The position numbers and the translations under genes are program-made. Positions 10,442 to 21,100 of a stretch of DNA of 64,000 nucleotides are shown in pieces; within the stretch, counting starts at the first letter, position 1; each line of letters begins with the position of its first letter. The stretch comes from an uncultured Clostridium sp. (GTDB lineage: Bacteria; Bacillota; Clostridia; TANB77; CAG-508): assembly GCA_947427205.1 (NCBI GenBank), contig CANEHB010000005.1, positions 5,289 through 69,288 on the forward strand. The letters are read 5' to 3'. Under the pieces are notes generated by a model. That model saw only the letters and a program-made list of their open reading frames with translations. It did no database searches and was not told where the DNA came from.

Positions 10442-11296
10442 CTATAATATATCTTCATAACTATTTAAAACAAATGCTCCTTCTTGTATTAGTTTATTAG
10501 TACCTTCAGAATTTTTAGAAGTAATATTTCCAGGAACTGCAAATACATCTTTTCCTTGTTCTAACGCATAGTCTACTGTTATTAAACTGCCACTTTTATC
10601 TTTGGCTTCCACAACAACAATTTTTTCTGATAATCCACTAATAATCCTATTTCTTTTTGGAAAGTTATATCTATTTGGAGATGTTCCAAGCTTAAATTCA
10701 GATACTATTGTTCCATTATTTTCTAAAATTTTATCAAATATCTTTTTGTTTTCTAAAGGATAAACTTCCTTTTCCGAAACTCCAGTTCCTAAAACTGCTA
10801 TAGTTTTTCCTATCTTACTATCTAATGCTCCTAAATGCGCAAATTTATCAATCCCAATAGCTAATCCACTGACAATATTTATATTTTTATCTGCGATTTG
10901 TTTTGCAATTTTCCTTGCAACAAATTTTCCGTATTCACTTGCATCTCGAGAACCAATAATTGCAATATTATCACTATATAAATTCTCTAAATCACCTCTA
11001 ACATATAAAAACGGCGGCATATCACTAATATTTTTTAATTTATTTGGATATTTTTTATCTTTAAAAGATATTACCTTTATTGCTTTATTTTCAATATATT
11101 TTAAGTATTTGTCCAATTTTCGTTTATATTCTACTTCTAAAATTCTATTATAATTTTGTTCTAATATTCCAATCTCGATAAAATTTTTTTCAGAAAAATT
11201 CCAAATTTCTTTACTACTAAATTTATTTAATAACTCTATTTTACATTTATCACTAATATCTATATTGGAAAACCATACATCATAAGCATTAATCAA
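10442..11296 (-). CDS. dprA: DNA-processing protein DprA (Smf)
   Basis: IAIIGSRDASEYG...IVSGLAIGIDKFAHLGAL...VVEAKDKSGSLIT, a typical DprA Rossmann core. Confidence 0.9.
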   Translation of the reverse strand: MINAYDVWFSNIDISDKCKIELLNKFSSKEIWNFSEKNFIEIGILEQNYNRILEVEYKRKLDKYLKYIENKAIKVISFKDKKYPNKLKNISDMPPFLYVRGDLENLYSDNIAIIGSRDASEYGKFVARKIAKQIADKNINIVSGLAIGIDKFAHLGALDSKIGKTIAVLGTGVSEKEVYPLENKKIFDKILENNGTIVSEFKLGTSPNRYNFPKRNRIISGLSEKIVVVEAKDKSGSLITVDYALEQGKDVFAVPGNITSKNSEGTNKLIQEGAFVLNSYEDIL

Positions 11297-11481
11297 TTTT
11301 CATCCTCCTTTTATATTATAAAATTTATTAAAGAACAAAAGAGAACATTATGAAAATTTAAAAAACAAAATTATTTGCAAATGTCCTCGTCTTTGTTCTA
11401 TGTCCAAATTGCTAAAAATGTATATGCAATGTTACCAGAGATTTATATTATATGAATTTGCTTTGCAATTTCCTATAATGT

Positions 11482-11508
11482 AAAAAAAGACATAGATAAA
11501 TCTATGCC
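11482..11508 (-). terminator. Probable intrinsic terminator after folD
   Basis: Minus strand reads GGCATAGATTTATCTATGTC followed by a run of 7 T. The stem is short and AT-rich. Confidence 0.5.
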
Positions 11509-11530
11509 CCAAATATTATTTAATTTTATT

Positions 11531-12388
11531 TTATTTTAATTGTAATTTTGCAGCTTTTACTACATTATTTAAAAGCATTGCTATTGTCATAGGTCCAACC
11601 CCACCAGGAACAGGTGTTATATAACTTGCCTTTTTGGCAACTTTTTCATAATCAACATCACCTAAAATTGTTCCATCTTCTAGCCTATTTATTCCTACAT
11701 CTATTATAACAGCACCATCTTTAACCATATCAGCTTTTACAAATTGTGGTTTTCCAATCGCTGCTATTACTATATCTGCATTTCTTATAATCTCTTCTAT
11801 ATTTTTAGTTTTAGAATGACATACTGTAACTGTAGAATTTTTATTTAGCATACATTGTATCATTGGTTTTCCTACAATATTACTTCTTCCTAATATAACA
11901 GCATTTTTTCCTACTGTTTCAATACTATATTCTTCTAACATTTTTATTATACCATATGGTGTACATGATATAAATGCATCTTCACCTATACTTAAGTTTC
12001 CAACATTTATAGGATTAAATCCATCAACATCTTTTTCAGGTAAAATAGTTCTAAAAGCTTTATTTATATTAATATGTTTTGGAACTGGACTTTGTAATAA
12101 AATTCCATGTATAGAATTATCTGAATTTAATTTTTGTATTACTTCTAATAATTTTTCTTCTGATGTATCACTATCAAATAAAAATTCTTCAAATTCTATT
12201 CCAACTTTTTCACAAGCTTTTGATTTATTTTTTACATATACTTGTGAACCAGGATCATCTCCTACCATTACTACTGCAAGTTTAGGATTTATTCCTTTTT
12301 CTTTTAGCTTTTTTACCTCTAATTTTAAATCTTTTCTTACTTTCTTTGCAAGTTCTTTTCCATCAATTATTTCTGTCATTTTTAACAC
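11531..12388 (-). CDS. folD: Bifunctional methylenetetrahydrofolate dehydrogenase/cyclohydrolase
   Basis: 285 aa with IIDGKELAKKVR...AVVMVGDDPGSQVYVKNK...PVPGGVGPMTIAML. Confidence 0.95.
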   Translation of the reverse strand: MLKMTEIIDGKELAKKVRKDLKLEVKKLKEKGINPKLAVVMVGDDPGSQVYVKNKSKACEKVGIEFEEFLFDSDTSEEKLLEVIQKLNSDNSIHGILLQSPVPKHININKAFRTILPEKDVDGFNPINVGNLSIGEDAFISCTPYGIIKMLEEYSIETVGKNAVILGRSNIVGKPMIQCMLNKNSTVTVCHSKTKNIEEIIRNADIVIAAIGKPQFVKADMVKDGAVIIDVGINRLEDGTILGDVDYEKVAKKASYITPVPGGVGPMTIAMLLNNVVKAAKLQLK

Positions 12389-12391
12389 ATC

Positions 12392-13561
12392 CTATTTTCT
12401 TTTATTAAATTTTAAATAATATATTCCAACTGAAGTAGCCATTATAGCTAATGCTGTAATAACTATGTATATTTTTATAGCTATATTATTTCCAACTTCT
12501 GGTATAACTCCAATTTCTTCTTGGACAAGTTCTAGTGGTGTTTTATTTCCTTCTACCATTTCATTTGTTACTACATTCGTATTATTTATTGTGTTATTAT
12601 CTATAGTATTGTTAACAGTATTATCATCTTCTGTAGGTTCATCTTTTGATAATAGATTTGATGCTACATAGTATTCTTGTCCATTATATTTAATTTTTGA
12701 CCAACCATTTTCTCCAATACCAATTCTTGTTACTTCTTGTCCAGCCGTTAAATATCCTACCTTTTCACTATCTGTACTATAACTTTTTCTAACATTACAA
12801 TCTTGTTTTGCATAAAGAGTTTCATTTACATTTGAAAAGTTTACTTCTGGTGCTGTACTGCTTAAATATTGGCTTGTTATATATGCAACTTGTCCATTAT
12901 ATTCTATTCTTGACCATCCATTATCTCCAACTCCTGTTCTTTTAAGAGCTGTTCCTGATTTTACTGTTGCAATTTTATCACTACTTGTGGAATAATTTTT
13001 TCTTATGTTACAAACATCCGTTGTATATACTGTTTCATTTACATCTGTGAATTTTGCTTGTGGTGTTTGATTATTGTTACTATTACTACTGTTGCTATTA
13101 TTATCAATATTACTGCTACTATTATTGTTATTACTGGATGTAGAAGTACTAGGTGTTCCTACTATATTTAAAGAAGCTGACTTTGAGCCACCTTTTTCTA
13201 TAAAGTTTCCACTTCTATCTGATATATGTATATTACTTACACTTACTGACACACTACCATTTACACTAGCTTTAAAAGTTACGCCATTTACCATTCCATA
13301 TTCACTTTCCATTCCTTTAGAATATGACATCATTTTTGTTTCAGTTGTACCATTACTAAATTTTACTGTAATAGTAGCCTGAGCTGCCACTGCATTTTCT
13401 GGTAAAATCAAACTAACAGTAAAGTTATCTTCTAAATTTACTGATGATGGACAATTTATTCCAGCTACACTATCAGCATTTACTTCTTCTATAAATACTG
13501 ATAATGTACCTATTAACATTATTGCTAATATTATCAAAATTTGTGATATTATTTTCTTCAT
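12392..13561 (-). CDS. Secreted surface protein with a cohesin-like N-terminal domain, an Asn/Ser-rich linker, two SH3b domains and a C-terminal sorting-signal-like tail
   Basis: Signal peptide, two repeats of ...CN(I/V)RK.YST.S(D/E)K...G...(R/T)..G.G(D/E)NGWS(R/K)I.YNGQ.(A/Y)Y. The C terminus is IPEVG plus a 26-aa hydrophobic stretch plus KFNKRK. Confidence 0.7.
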   Translation of the reverse strand: MKKIISQILIILAIMLIGTLSVFIEEVNADSVAGINCPSSVNLEDNFTVSLILPENAVAAQATITVKFSNGTTETKMMSYSKGMESEYGMVNGVTFKASVNGSVSVSVSNIHISDRSGNFIEKGGSKSASLNIVGTPSTSTSSNNNNSSSNIDNNSNSSNSNNNQTPQAKFTDVNETVYTTDVCNIRKNYSTSSDKIATVKSGTALKRTGVGDNGWSRIEYNGQVAYITSQYLSSTAPEVNFSNVNETLYAKQDCNVRKSYSTDSEKVGYLTAGQEVTRIGIGENGWSKIKYNGQEYYVASNLLSKDEPTEDDNTVNNTIDNNTINNTNVVTNEMVEGNKTPLELVQEEIGVIPEVGNNIAIKIYIVITALAIMATSVGIYYLKFNKRK

Positions 13562-13576
13562 ATTTTGCCACCTCTT

Positions 13577-14449
13577 TTACACATTTTCTTTTGATGTATT
13601 TGTTGTATTTGAATTTACTGTATTTAAATCTGTTGTATTTGTATTTTCAGTCATATCTACATCATCTTCGGCTACTTCTTCTGCTTTTACTACAAGTCTT
13701 GTTGCTGCTCCAGTTTCACAAGTTATTAATGTAAGTTCTACTTTAGTTTCATCTTGAAGTAGACATTCTAAATTATCTGGCTCAATGGAAAAAATATTAT
13801 TTATTTTATATGTAGTTTCTTCTAATTCTCTATCTATTAGTGTAATCTTATCTCCTACTTCTAGTTCAGACAATTTTTCAAAAATATCTTCATAATTATG
13901 TCCAATTAAACATAAATTCCCATAATTATTCAATGAACCACCATATAACTTTCCTACACCATTTTCTAAAGCATTGTCAGATACTGAATCTAATATATAT
14001 TGTTCAAGTTTTATATCTTCTATAACTATTTTTCCTAAGACTTTACATCCTTCTAAAGTTTCAATCATTTTTGCTTCATTAGAAACTACTGGTTCTGATG
14101 GCTCTTCTTGCTTTTTATCTTTTGCAAAAACAAATTTATATACTAAAAATCCTGCTATAATAAGTACTACAATTATACCCAATACCAAAAATATTTTCTT
14201 ATAATTTAAAGTACTTTCCTCATCTTCAAAGCTTAGGAAATCATCTCCTAATATATTTGTATTTAAGGTATCCCTATTATTAAAAGTCCCATATGTATTA
14301 TTATTTACATTATCTGTATCTGCTATGTTATCATTTTTTTCTTCTAGTTTAGTAGCAGTTTGCATATCTCTATATTCTCTTCTACTTCTATAAGAGCTAG
14401 TATCTTCAAAAGAATCTTCTGGATTTCCAGCATGTTTTCCTCTTGCCAT
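13577..14449 (-). CDS. Sortase-family transpeptidase with a long N-terminal cytoplasmic extension
   Basis: One TM segment, catalytic His (LIGHN), a TLITC Cys motif and a downstream Arg (ATRLVV). Confidence 0.85.
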   Translation of the reverse strand: MARGKHAGNPEDSFEDTSSYRSRREYRDMQTATKLEEKNDNIADTDNVNNNTYGTFNNRDTLNTNILGDDFLSFEDEESTLNYKKIFLVLGIIVVLIIAGFLVYKFVFAKDKKQEEPSEPVVSNEAKMIETLEGCKVLGKIVIEDIKLEQYILDSVSDNALENGVGKLYGGSLNNYGNLCLIGHNYEDIFEKLSELEVGDKITLIDRELEETTYKINNIFSIEPDNLECLLQDETKVELTLITCETGAATRLVVKAEEVAEDDVDMTENTNTTDLNTVNSNTTNTSKENV

Positions 14450-14464
14450 ATCTTCACCTCCATA

Positions 14465-15292
14465 TTATCTTATAAATATTAATCCAAATATTATTACACC
14501 TAATATAATTCTGTAAATTGCAAATATCTTAAAACTTCCTTTTTTCAAATATTCCATTAAAAATTTTATAACTATTAATCCAACTATAAAACTAGATATT
14601 ACACCTACCCAAAATGGTATTGAAGTAAGAGCAAATTCTGTTATATCAACCAAAACAGCTGCTGCTACTATTGGTGTAGATAGTAAAAATGAAAACTTTG
14701 CAGCACTTTCTCTATCTATTTTTAATCCTCTTGCAACAGTCATTGTTATTCCTGAACGTGAAACTCCCGGAAATGCTGCTGCTAAACTTTGAGATATTCC
14801 TATTAATAAAGATTGTTTTAAATTAATATCTTTGTACTTATATTTACTTTCTGATTTTTTATCTACTAACGTTAAAATAATTCCCATAACTATTAAAGCT
14901 GTAGCAATCATTCCCATTTCTAATTTGAAGTTTCCATCTATAATAGTATCAGAAATTTTTTCTAAAACTAATGCTAATATTCCTGCTGGTATTGTTGCTA
15001 TAACTAAATACCAAAACATCTTTCCTTCAGTAGATTTTTCTTTTTTTACAACTTGTTTAAAACCAGCTTTTATAAGTGTTATCCATTCTTTGAAAAAGAA
15101 TATTCCTATAGCAATCAATGTTCCAAAATGTAGTGCTACATCAAAAGAGCCTCCAAAATCTTGAACAAAGTTTGCATTCTCTGTCCATCCAAAAATCCAA
15201 GGAATTACATTTAAATGTGCAGAACTAGAAACTGGCAAAAGCTCAGTTAAACCTTGCACAATTCCTAAAATTAGTGCTTGTATTATTGTCAT
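14465..15292 (-). CDS. uppP: Undecaprenyl-diphosphate phosphatase
   Basis: The N terminus ALILGIVQGLTELLPVSSSAHL and the PGVSRSG motif are BacA/UppP signatures. Confidence 0.95.
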   Translation of the reverse strand: MTIIQALILGIVQGLTELLPVSSSAHLNVIPWIFGWTENANFVQDFGGSFDVALHFGTLIAIGIFFFKEWITLIKAGFKQVVKKEKSTEGKMFWYLVIATIPAGILALVLEKISDTIIDGNFKLEMGMIATALIVMGIILTLVDKKSESKYKYKDINLKQSLLIGISQSLAAAFPGVSRSGITMTVARGLKIDRESAAKFSFLLSTPIVAAAVLVDITEFALTSIPFWVGVISSFIVGLIVIKFLMEYLKKGSFKIFAIYRIILGVIIFGLIFIR

Positions 15293-15327
15293 TTTATCCT
15301 CCGTTTTTCATTTACATCATAAGTATT

Positions 15328-16194
15328 TTATAGTTCTTTTAATACATGATATAAAGTTTCTTTTATAAATTCAGCTGAAGTAAGTGGTGCTACTTTAGCT
15401 GGTAACGATAATGCCCATATCACCTTTAAATCTTTTTCTCTAGCAGCTTTTCTGTCTACTCCACCTGGATTTGAAGCTAAATCAATAATAACTGCTTCTT
15501 TTTTTACTAAATCTAATCTATTAGAATCTAATATTTGAAATGGTATTGTATTTATTATAATATCAAATTTGTCTAAATGTTCATTTAAATCATTTAAATG
15601 TATTGGATTATATCCATAAGCTTTTATCCATGAAATATCTTCATTTTTTCTAGCTTCACAATATACTTTTGCACCTATTCCATCTAACATTTTAGCAACT
15701 ACTTTTCCTATTCTTCCAAATCCCATTACTAAAATATTTGAACCATGTACAGTTCTTTGTGTTTCTTCCATAGCTATTTGAATTGTTCCTTCAGCAGTAG
15801 CTATTGTATTTAAAACTGAAAATTCTTCTCTTTTTAATAAATCTATTGATTGTACTCCAAGTTCATCTAGTTTATCTTTTATTCCGATATTTCCTGCAAT
15901 TAAATATTTTCCTTTTAATGCTTTAATAAAATCTTCTAATTCAACATTATTTCTTCCAAATGGTGCTGATAATCTTTTTCTATCACTTGATAGTGGTACA
16001 GGTCCAACAACAACTTTTGAATAACTAACAGCTTCTTCTAAAGTTGGACACATTTCAACTCCTTCTAAATTTAATAATTCCTCTGAGTTTTCTAAAGCAT
16101 AAGTATACACTTTATAACCATCCTTATCTAACATTTCAATAAGTTTTACTATACGTAAATCTCCACCTACAATAGTTATTGATTTTTTTTCCAT
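15328..16194 (-). CDS. dpaA: Dipicolinate synthase subunit A
   Basis: Collinear with my recollection of SpoVFA: ITIVGGDLR, NTIATAEGTIQIAMEETQRTVHGS, GFGRIGK, INTIPFQIL, IDLASNPGGVD and LPAKVAP. Confidence 0.85.
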   Translation of the reverse strand: MEKKSITIVGGDLRIVKLIEMLDKDGYKVYTYALENSEELLNLEGVEMCPTLEEAVSYSKVVVGPVPLSSDRKRLSAPFGRNNVELEDFIKALKGKYLIAGNIGIKDKLDELGVQSIDLLKREEFSVLNTIATAEGTIQIAMEETQRTVHGSNILVMGFGRIGKVVAKMLDGIGAKVYCEARKNEDISWIKAYGYNPIHLNDLNEHLDKFDIIINTIPFQILDSNRLDLVKKEAVIIDLASNPGGVDRKAAREKDLKVIWALSLPAKVAPLTSAEFIKETLYHVLKEL

Positions 16195-16362
16195 ACTAAA
16201 ATACCATTTCCTCTCTATAATTTCATTTAAAATTTTCTATTTTTTAATAATTATATTCTATAAAATCTTCCTATATGAATAAACAAAATTATATTTTTCA
16301 TTTGTTTTCTAATTTAATTATTTTTTATATAACTTGTAAAACTCTTGATTTAATAATTTATT

Positions 16363-17670
16363 TTAATTATTTCCTAATTCTTTTTGTCTATCTTCTTTTT
16401 TCTTATCATCTAATTCTTTTTGTTCTATCTCTTTTTCTTTCTTTCTTTTTTCTTTGTTAAAAATAAAATCAATTTTTTCATCTAATTTTTGTTTTGAATA
16501 ATTTTCACTCATCTCTTCAACTAAGTTTGCTGTTTCTTCTAGATAGTATCTTGCAATTTTTTCTTGTTCTTCTAATACAACAGGTCTTTTTAAATCTTCT
16601 ACTTCTTCATCTTGATCTAGTATCTCTTGTCTATCATCCATTTTTACAGAAACTGTAATATATTCTCTAATTTTTTCAAAATTTTTATCTTTTTCTGCTT
16701 TTTTCAAAAGATTAGAGTCTAATTCAATAGCTTTATTTAAGAAATTAATTGCTTTATCTTTTTCACCTTTATACATATATATTTTTGCTAATTGATAATA
16801 GGATGCTGCTTCTAAATCTCCATATAAACTTTTCTCAAAATGTTTTTCTGCTTGCTCAAAATCTCTTTGTATAAATGCAATTAATCCTAGATTATAATTT
16901 GCTCCATACATTTTATGATTAATAGCTGCAGCCTTTTCATACATTTCTTTTGCCATTTGAAAATCACTTAATCTTGTATATACAATTCCTAAATTATAAT
17001 ACAAATCAAAATCTGCTGGTTTATATAATAAAGCTTCATTATATACATTAGCAGCTTCTTTAAATCTTTCTTGTTCACATAAAAGTTCACCTAAAAGGCA
17101 AGAACCTTCATAACAATCTGGCTTTGTTCTTACAAGTGTTTCTAGCATTTGTATTGCTTCATCTTTTTTACCTAAATCTTTTAATAATGCTGCTATTTTA
17201 AAATATGATTTATAGTCTCTTTTATTGATATCAACTGCTGTTACATATTCATCAATAGCTCTTCTCATTCCACCTTCTTTTTCATAACATTCTGCTAATA
17301 ATTTATGACCTAAATAACTATCTGGATATTTAGTAACTAATTTTACTAAAATTGCTTTCGCAGCCCTTGTATTTCCAAACATTAAACAAACTTTAGCTGC
17401 AAATATACTTAAAATTTCTGAAAAATTTATTTTATTTACTTCTAATATAATTATTGCAAAAGGTATGATTATTGAGAATATATATCTAAGGCTTCCCCAA
17501 AAAATATTCTCTTCTATTTTTAATTTAATTTCAACAAAACTAATGGCTATTCCAATAGCTTGTATAATTAACAAGCATATATAATTTGTATCATTTTTCC
17601 TAAATATTTTAAAAAATATTATTATAAACAAGGAAAATGCTAACAAATTGAATAAAAGCTGTTCAAACAT
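16363..17670 (-). CDS. Membrane-anchored TPR-repeat protein with a charged C-terminal tail
   Basis: N-terminal TM segments, then repeated A..Y..A....P....A...LG..Y TPR-like units. Confidence 0.7.
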   Translation of the reverse strand: MFEQLLFNLLAFSLFIIIFFKIFRKNDTNYICLLIIQAIGIAISFVEIKLKIEENIFWGSLRYIFSIIIPFAIIILEVNKINFSEILSIFAAKVCLMFGNTRAAKAILVKLVTKYPDSYLGHKLLAECYEKEGGMRRAIDEYVTAVDINKRDYKSYFKIAALLKDLGKKDEAIQMLETLVRTKPDCYEGSCLLGELLCEQERFKEAANVYNEALLYKPADFDLYYNLGIVYTRLSDFQMAKEMYEKAAAINHKMYGANYNLGLIAFIQRDFEQAEKHFEKSLYGDLEAASYYQLAKIYMYKGEKDKAINFLNKAIELDSNLLKKAEKDKNFEKIREYITVSVKMDDRQEILDQDEEVEDLKRPVVLEEQEKIARYYLEETANLVEEMSENYSKQKLDEKIDFIFNKEKRKKEKEIEQKELDDKKKEDRQKELGNN

Positions 17671-17757
17671 AACATTTCTCCGTTTCTACATCCTCTTACA
17701 AATAGATTTCTCTAATTCATTCAGATTATATCATATCCCCTTTTTTTTAACAAGGTA

Positions 17758-18054
17758 TTATGGGAATTTTATAAAGCAATAAATAATCAAAGCAATTTCT
17801 GAAATTAAGATTGTTGGCATCCCAACTGTAAATTTTAATTTCTTTGTTTTATGTCTAAAAGTATACATTCCAAGTATACTTCCAACACCACCACCTAAAA
17901 TTGTAATCATGAGTAATGTACCTTCTGGAATTCTCCACCAATTTTTTTTAGCTTTTAATTTATCTATTCCCATTGCTAAAAATCCTATTAAATTTATAAT
18001 CAGAAGATATATAATTATATTATTTACCCCAATTACATTAATAATATTCTCCAT
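17758..18054 (-). CDS. DUF1294-family small membrane protein
   Basis: GIDKLKAKKNWWRIPEGTLL...GGGVGSILGMYTFRHKTKK. Confidence 0.75.
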   Translation of the reverse strand: MENIINVIGVNNIIIYLLIINLIGFLAMGIDKLKAKKNWWRIPEGTLLMITILGGGVGSILGMYTFRHKTKKLKFTVGMPTILISEIALIIYCFIKFP

Positions 18055-18115
18055 TTAACAATCCTTTCAAATTTATAATAATAAATTGTTTATCATTATT
18101 TTTTTAATATTACTT

Positions 18116-21100
18116 CTACACAAATAAACTCATTTGATTTGATTTTGTCATACCTTTCAGACATCCGAATTTATCCAATAATTCTGTTACTGATTTTCCT
18201 ATTTTAGCACGAGATTGCATATCTTCAATACATTCAAAAGGTTCTTCAATTCTTGCTTGATATATTCCTTCTGCAGCAATACTTCCAAGACCTGGTATAC
18301 TATTTAATGGTGGTCTTATTCCGGTCTTCTTCCATAATAAATTTTGTACTATGTGATTTATATAAATCAATAGGTAGAAATTTTATTCCTCTTTCATACA
18401 TTTCTAATACTAACTCTAATATTGAATACATATTTTTATCTTTTGTAGTAGCAGCATTTCCTGCTTTATCTATTTCATTCATTTTTTCTTTTACTTTTTC
18501 TTTTCCAAATATCATACATTCACTATCAAATTCATCTGCTCTTATTGAGAAATATGCTGTATAATATGCTTTTGGCTGATGTACTTTGAACCAAGCAATT
18601 CTAAAAGCATTTGTTACATAGGCTGCAGCATGTGCTTTAGGGAACATGTACTTAATTTTTTCACACGACTTTATATACCAATCTGGTACATCATGCTCTT
18701 TCATAATGTTAACATACTCTGCCCATTTTTCTGGATCTTTTAATGCTTTTCCTTTACGTACTGTTTCCATAATTTTAAACGCATGGTTTGGCTCTAAACC
18801 TTGTTTCATTAAATAAACCATTATATCATCCCTACAACCTATTGCTTGACTTAATGTAACAATTCCATCATTTATTAATTCTTGAGCATTGTTAAGCCAT
18901 ACATCTGTACCATGTGATAAACCAGAAATACTTATAAGTTCACTAAATGTTGTTGGTTTCGTATCTACAAGCATTCCTCTTACAAATTTTGTTCCAAATT
19001 CAGGAATTCCAAAACTTCCAACTTCAGAATTAATTTGTTCTGGTGTAACACCAAGTGCTTTCGTAGAACTAAATATACTCATTGTTTCTTTATCATCTAA
19101 TGGAACTTTCGTTGGATCTATTCCTGTTATATCATGTAGCATTCTTATAACAGTTGGATCATCATGACCTAAAATATCAAGTTTTAATAAGTTTTGGTCA
19201 ATTGAGTGATAATCAAAATGAGTTGTTACTATATCTGATTTTGGATCATCTGCTGGATGTTGTACTGGTGTAAATTCAAATATTTCTCTTCCTTTTGGTA
19301 CAACTATAATTCCACCTGGATGCTGTCCTGTTGTTCTTTTAACACCAACACATCCTGCTGATATTCTTGCGATTTCTGCATTTGGAAGATGCTTATTTCT
19401 TTCTTCATAATAATTTTTTGCATAACCAAATGCTGTTTTATCTGCAACTGTACCAACAGTTCCAGCTTTAAAAGTTGTTCCTTTTCCAAATATTACTTCT
19501 GTATATTTATGAGCTTTTGCTTGATATTCACCCGAAAAGTTTAAGTCAATATCAGGCTCTTTATCTCCATTGAATCCTAAGAAAGTTTCAAATGGAATAT
19601 CCATACCATCTTTAGCAAGTTTGTGTCCACATTTTGGACAATCTTTATCTAGAAGATCAAATCCATTTTTTACACCATAATCTGAAAAATCAGAATATTT
19701 GCAATTTGGACATCTATAATGTGGTTGAAGTGAGTTAACTTCTGTAATACCTGTCATGTTGGCAACAAATGAAGAACCTACTGATCCTCTTGAACCAACT
19801 ATATATCCATCTTCATTTGACTTCCAAACTAATTTTTGTGCAATTATGTACATTACGGAGAAACCATTTTTTATAATAGAGTCTAGTTCCTTATCTAATC
19901 TAGTTTGAACAATCTCAGGAAGTGGATCTCCATATAATTCATGTGCTTTACTATAAGCTATATCTTTTATTGTTTGCTCGCATCCTGGAATATGTGGTGG
20001 ACATTTTTCTGGTGAAATTGGTTTTATTTTTTCACACATATCTGCAACTTTATTTGTATTGGTTACAACTACTTCATATGCTTTCTCATCTCCAAGATAT
20101 TCAAATTCTTTAAGCATTTCTTCTGTTGTTCTTAAATACAATGGTGCTTGATTATCAGCATCATCATATTTTTGACCAGCTTGCAAAATTCTTCTATAAA
20201 CCTCATCTTGTGGATCCATAAAATGAACATCACATGTAGCAACTACTAACTTATTTAATCTCTCTCCTAGAGCTACAATTTTCTTATTAAACTCTTTTAA
20301 TGTATCCCACCCTTCAACTTGTCCTTCTCTTATCATGTATTCATTATTTTGTAATGGTTGAATTTCCAAATAATCATAATAATTTGCTATTTCTTCTAAT
20401 TCTTCATCAGACTTTTCTGCAACTATTGCTCTAAATAATTCTCCTGCCTCACAAGCACTCCCTAAAATTAACCCTTCTCTGTATTTATCAAGCATTGTTT
20501 TTAATATTCTTGGCTTTTTATAAAAATAATCCAAGTGAGAATATGATATTAATTTATAAAGATTTCTTAAACCTACATAATTTTTAGCTAAAATTATAGC
20601 ATGATATGATGGTAATTTTCTAAAATCAGTTTCAAAAACATTATCAAAATCATCTATGGTTTTTGCATTTCTATCTTTAGCTCTTTCTATCATTTCCTTA
20701 AATACTGCAACTAATGTTTTAACATCATCTAAAGCACGATGTGCTACATCTACTTTTATTCCTAATTTATCTGCTATTATACCTAATTTATATTTTGTGA
20801 ACTCTGGAAATATTGCTTTAGCTAAACGCAATGTATCTATATGAGAATTTTCTAAAGTTAATCCTAATTTTTCACAATTGTACTTCATAAATCCTATATC
20901 AAAATCTGCATTATGTGCAACTAAAACTGAGTCTCCCATGAATTCTAAAACTTTTGGCATTACTTTATCTATTGTTTCAGCATCTTTTACCATATCATCT
21001 GTAATATGAGTTACTGCAACTACTTCTTCTGGTATTGATTTTTCTGGATTTACAAAACATTCAAAAGTATCTATTACTTCTCCATTTTTTATTTTGATAA

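Noticed and set aside
15293-15327. A hidden dpaB between dpaA and uppP.
   Set aside because: The gap is 35 nt, and no alternative-frame ORF of flavoprotein size exists there.
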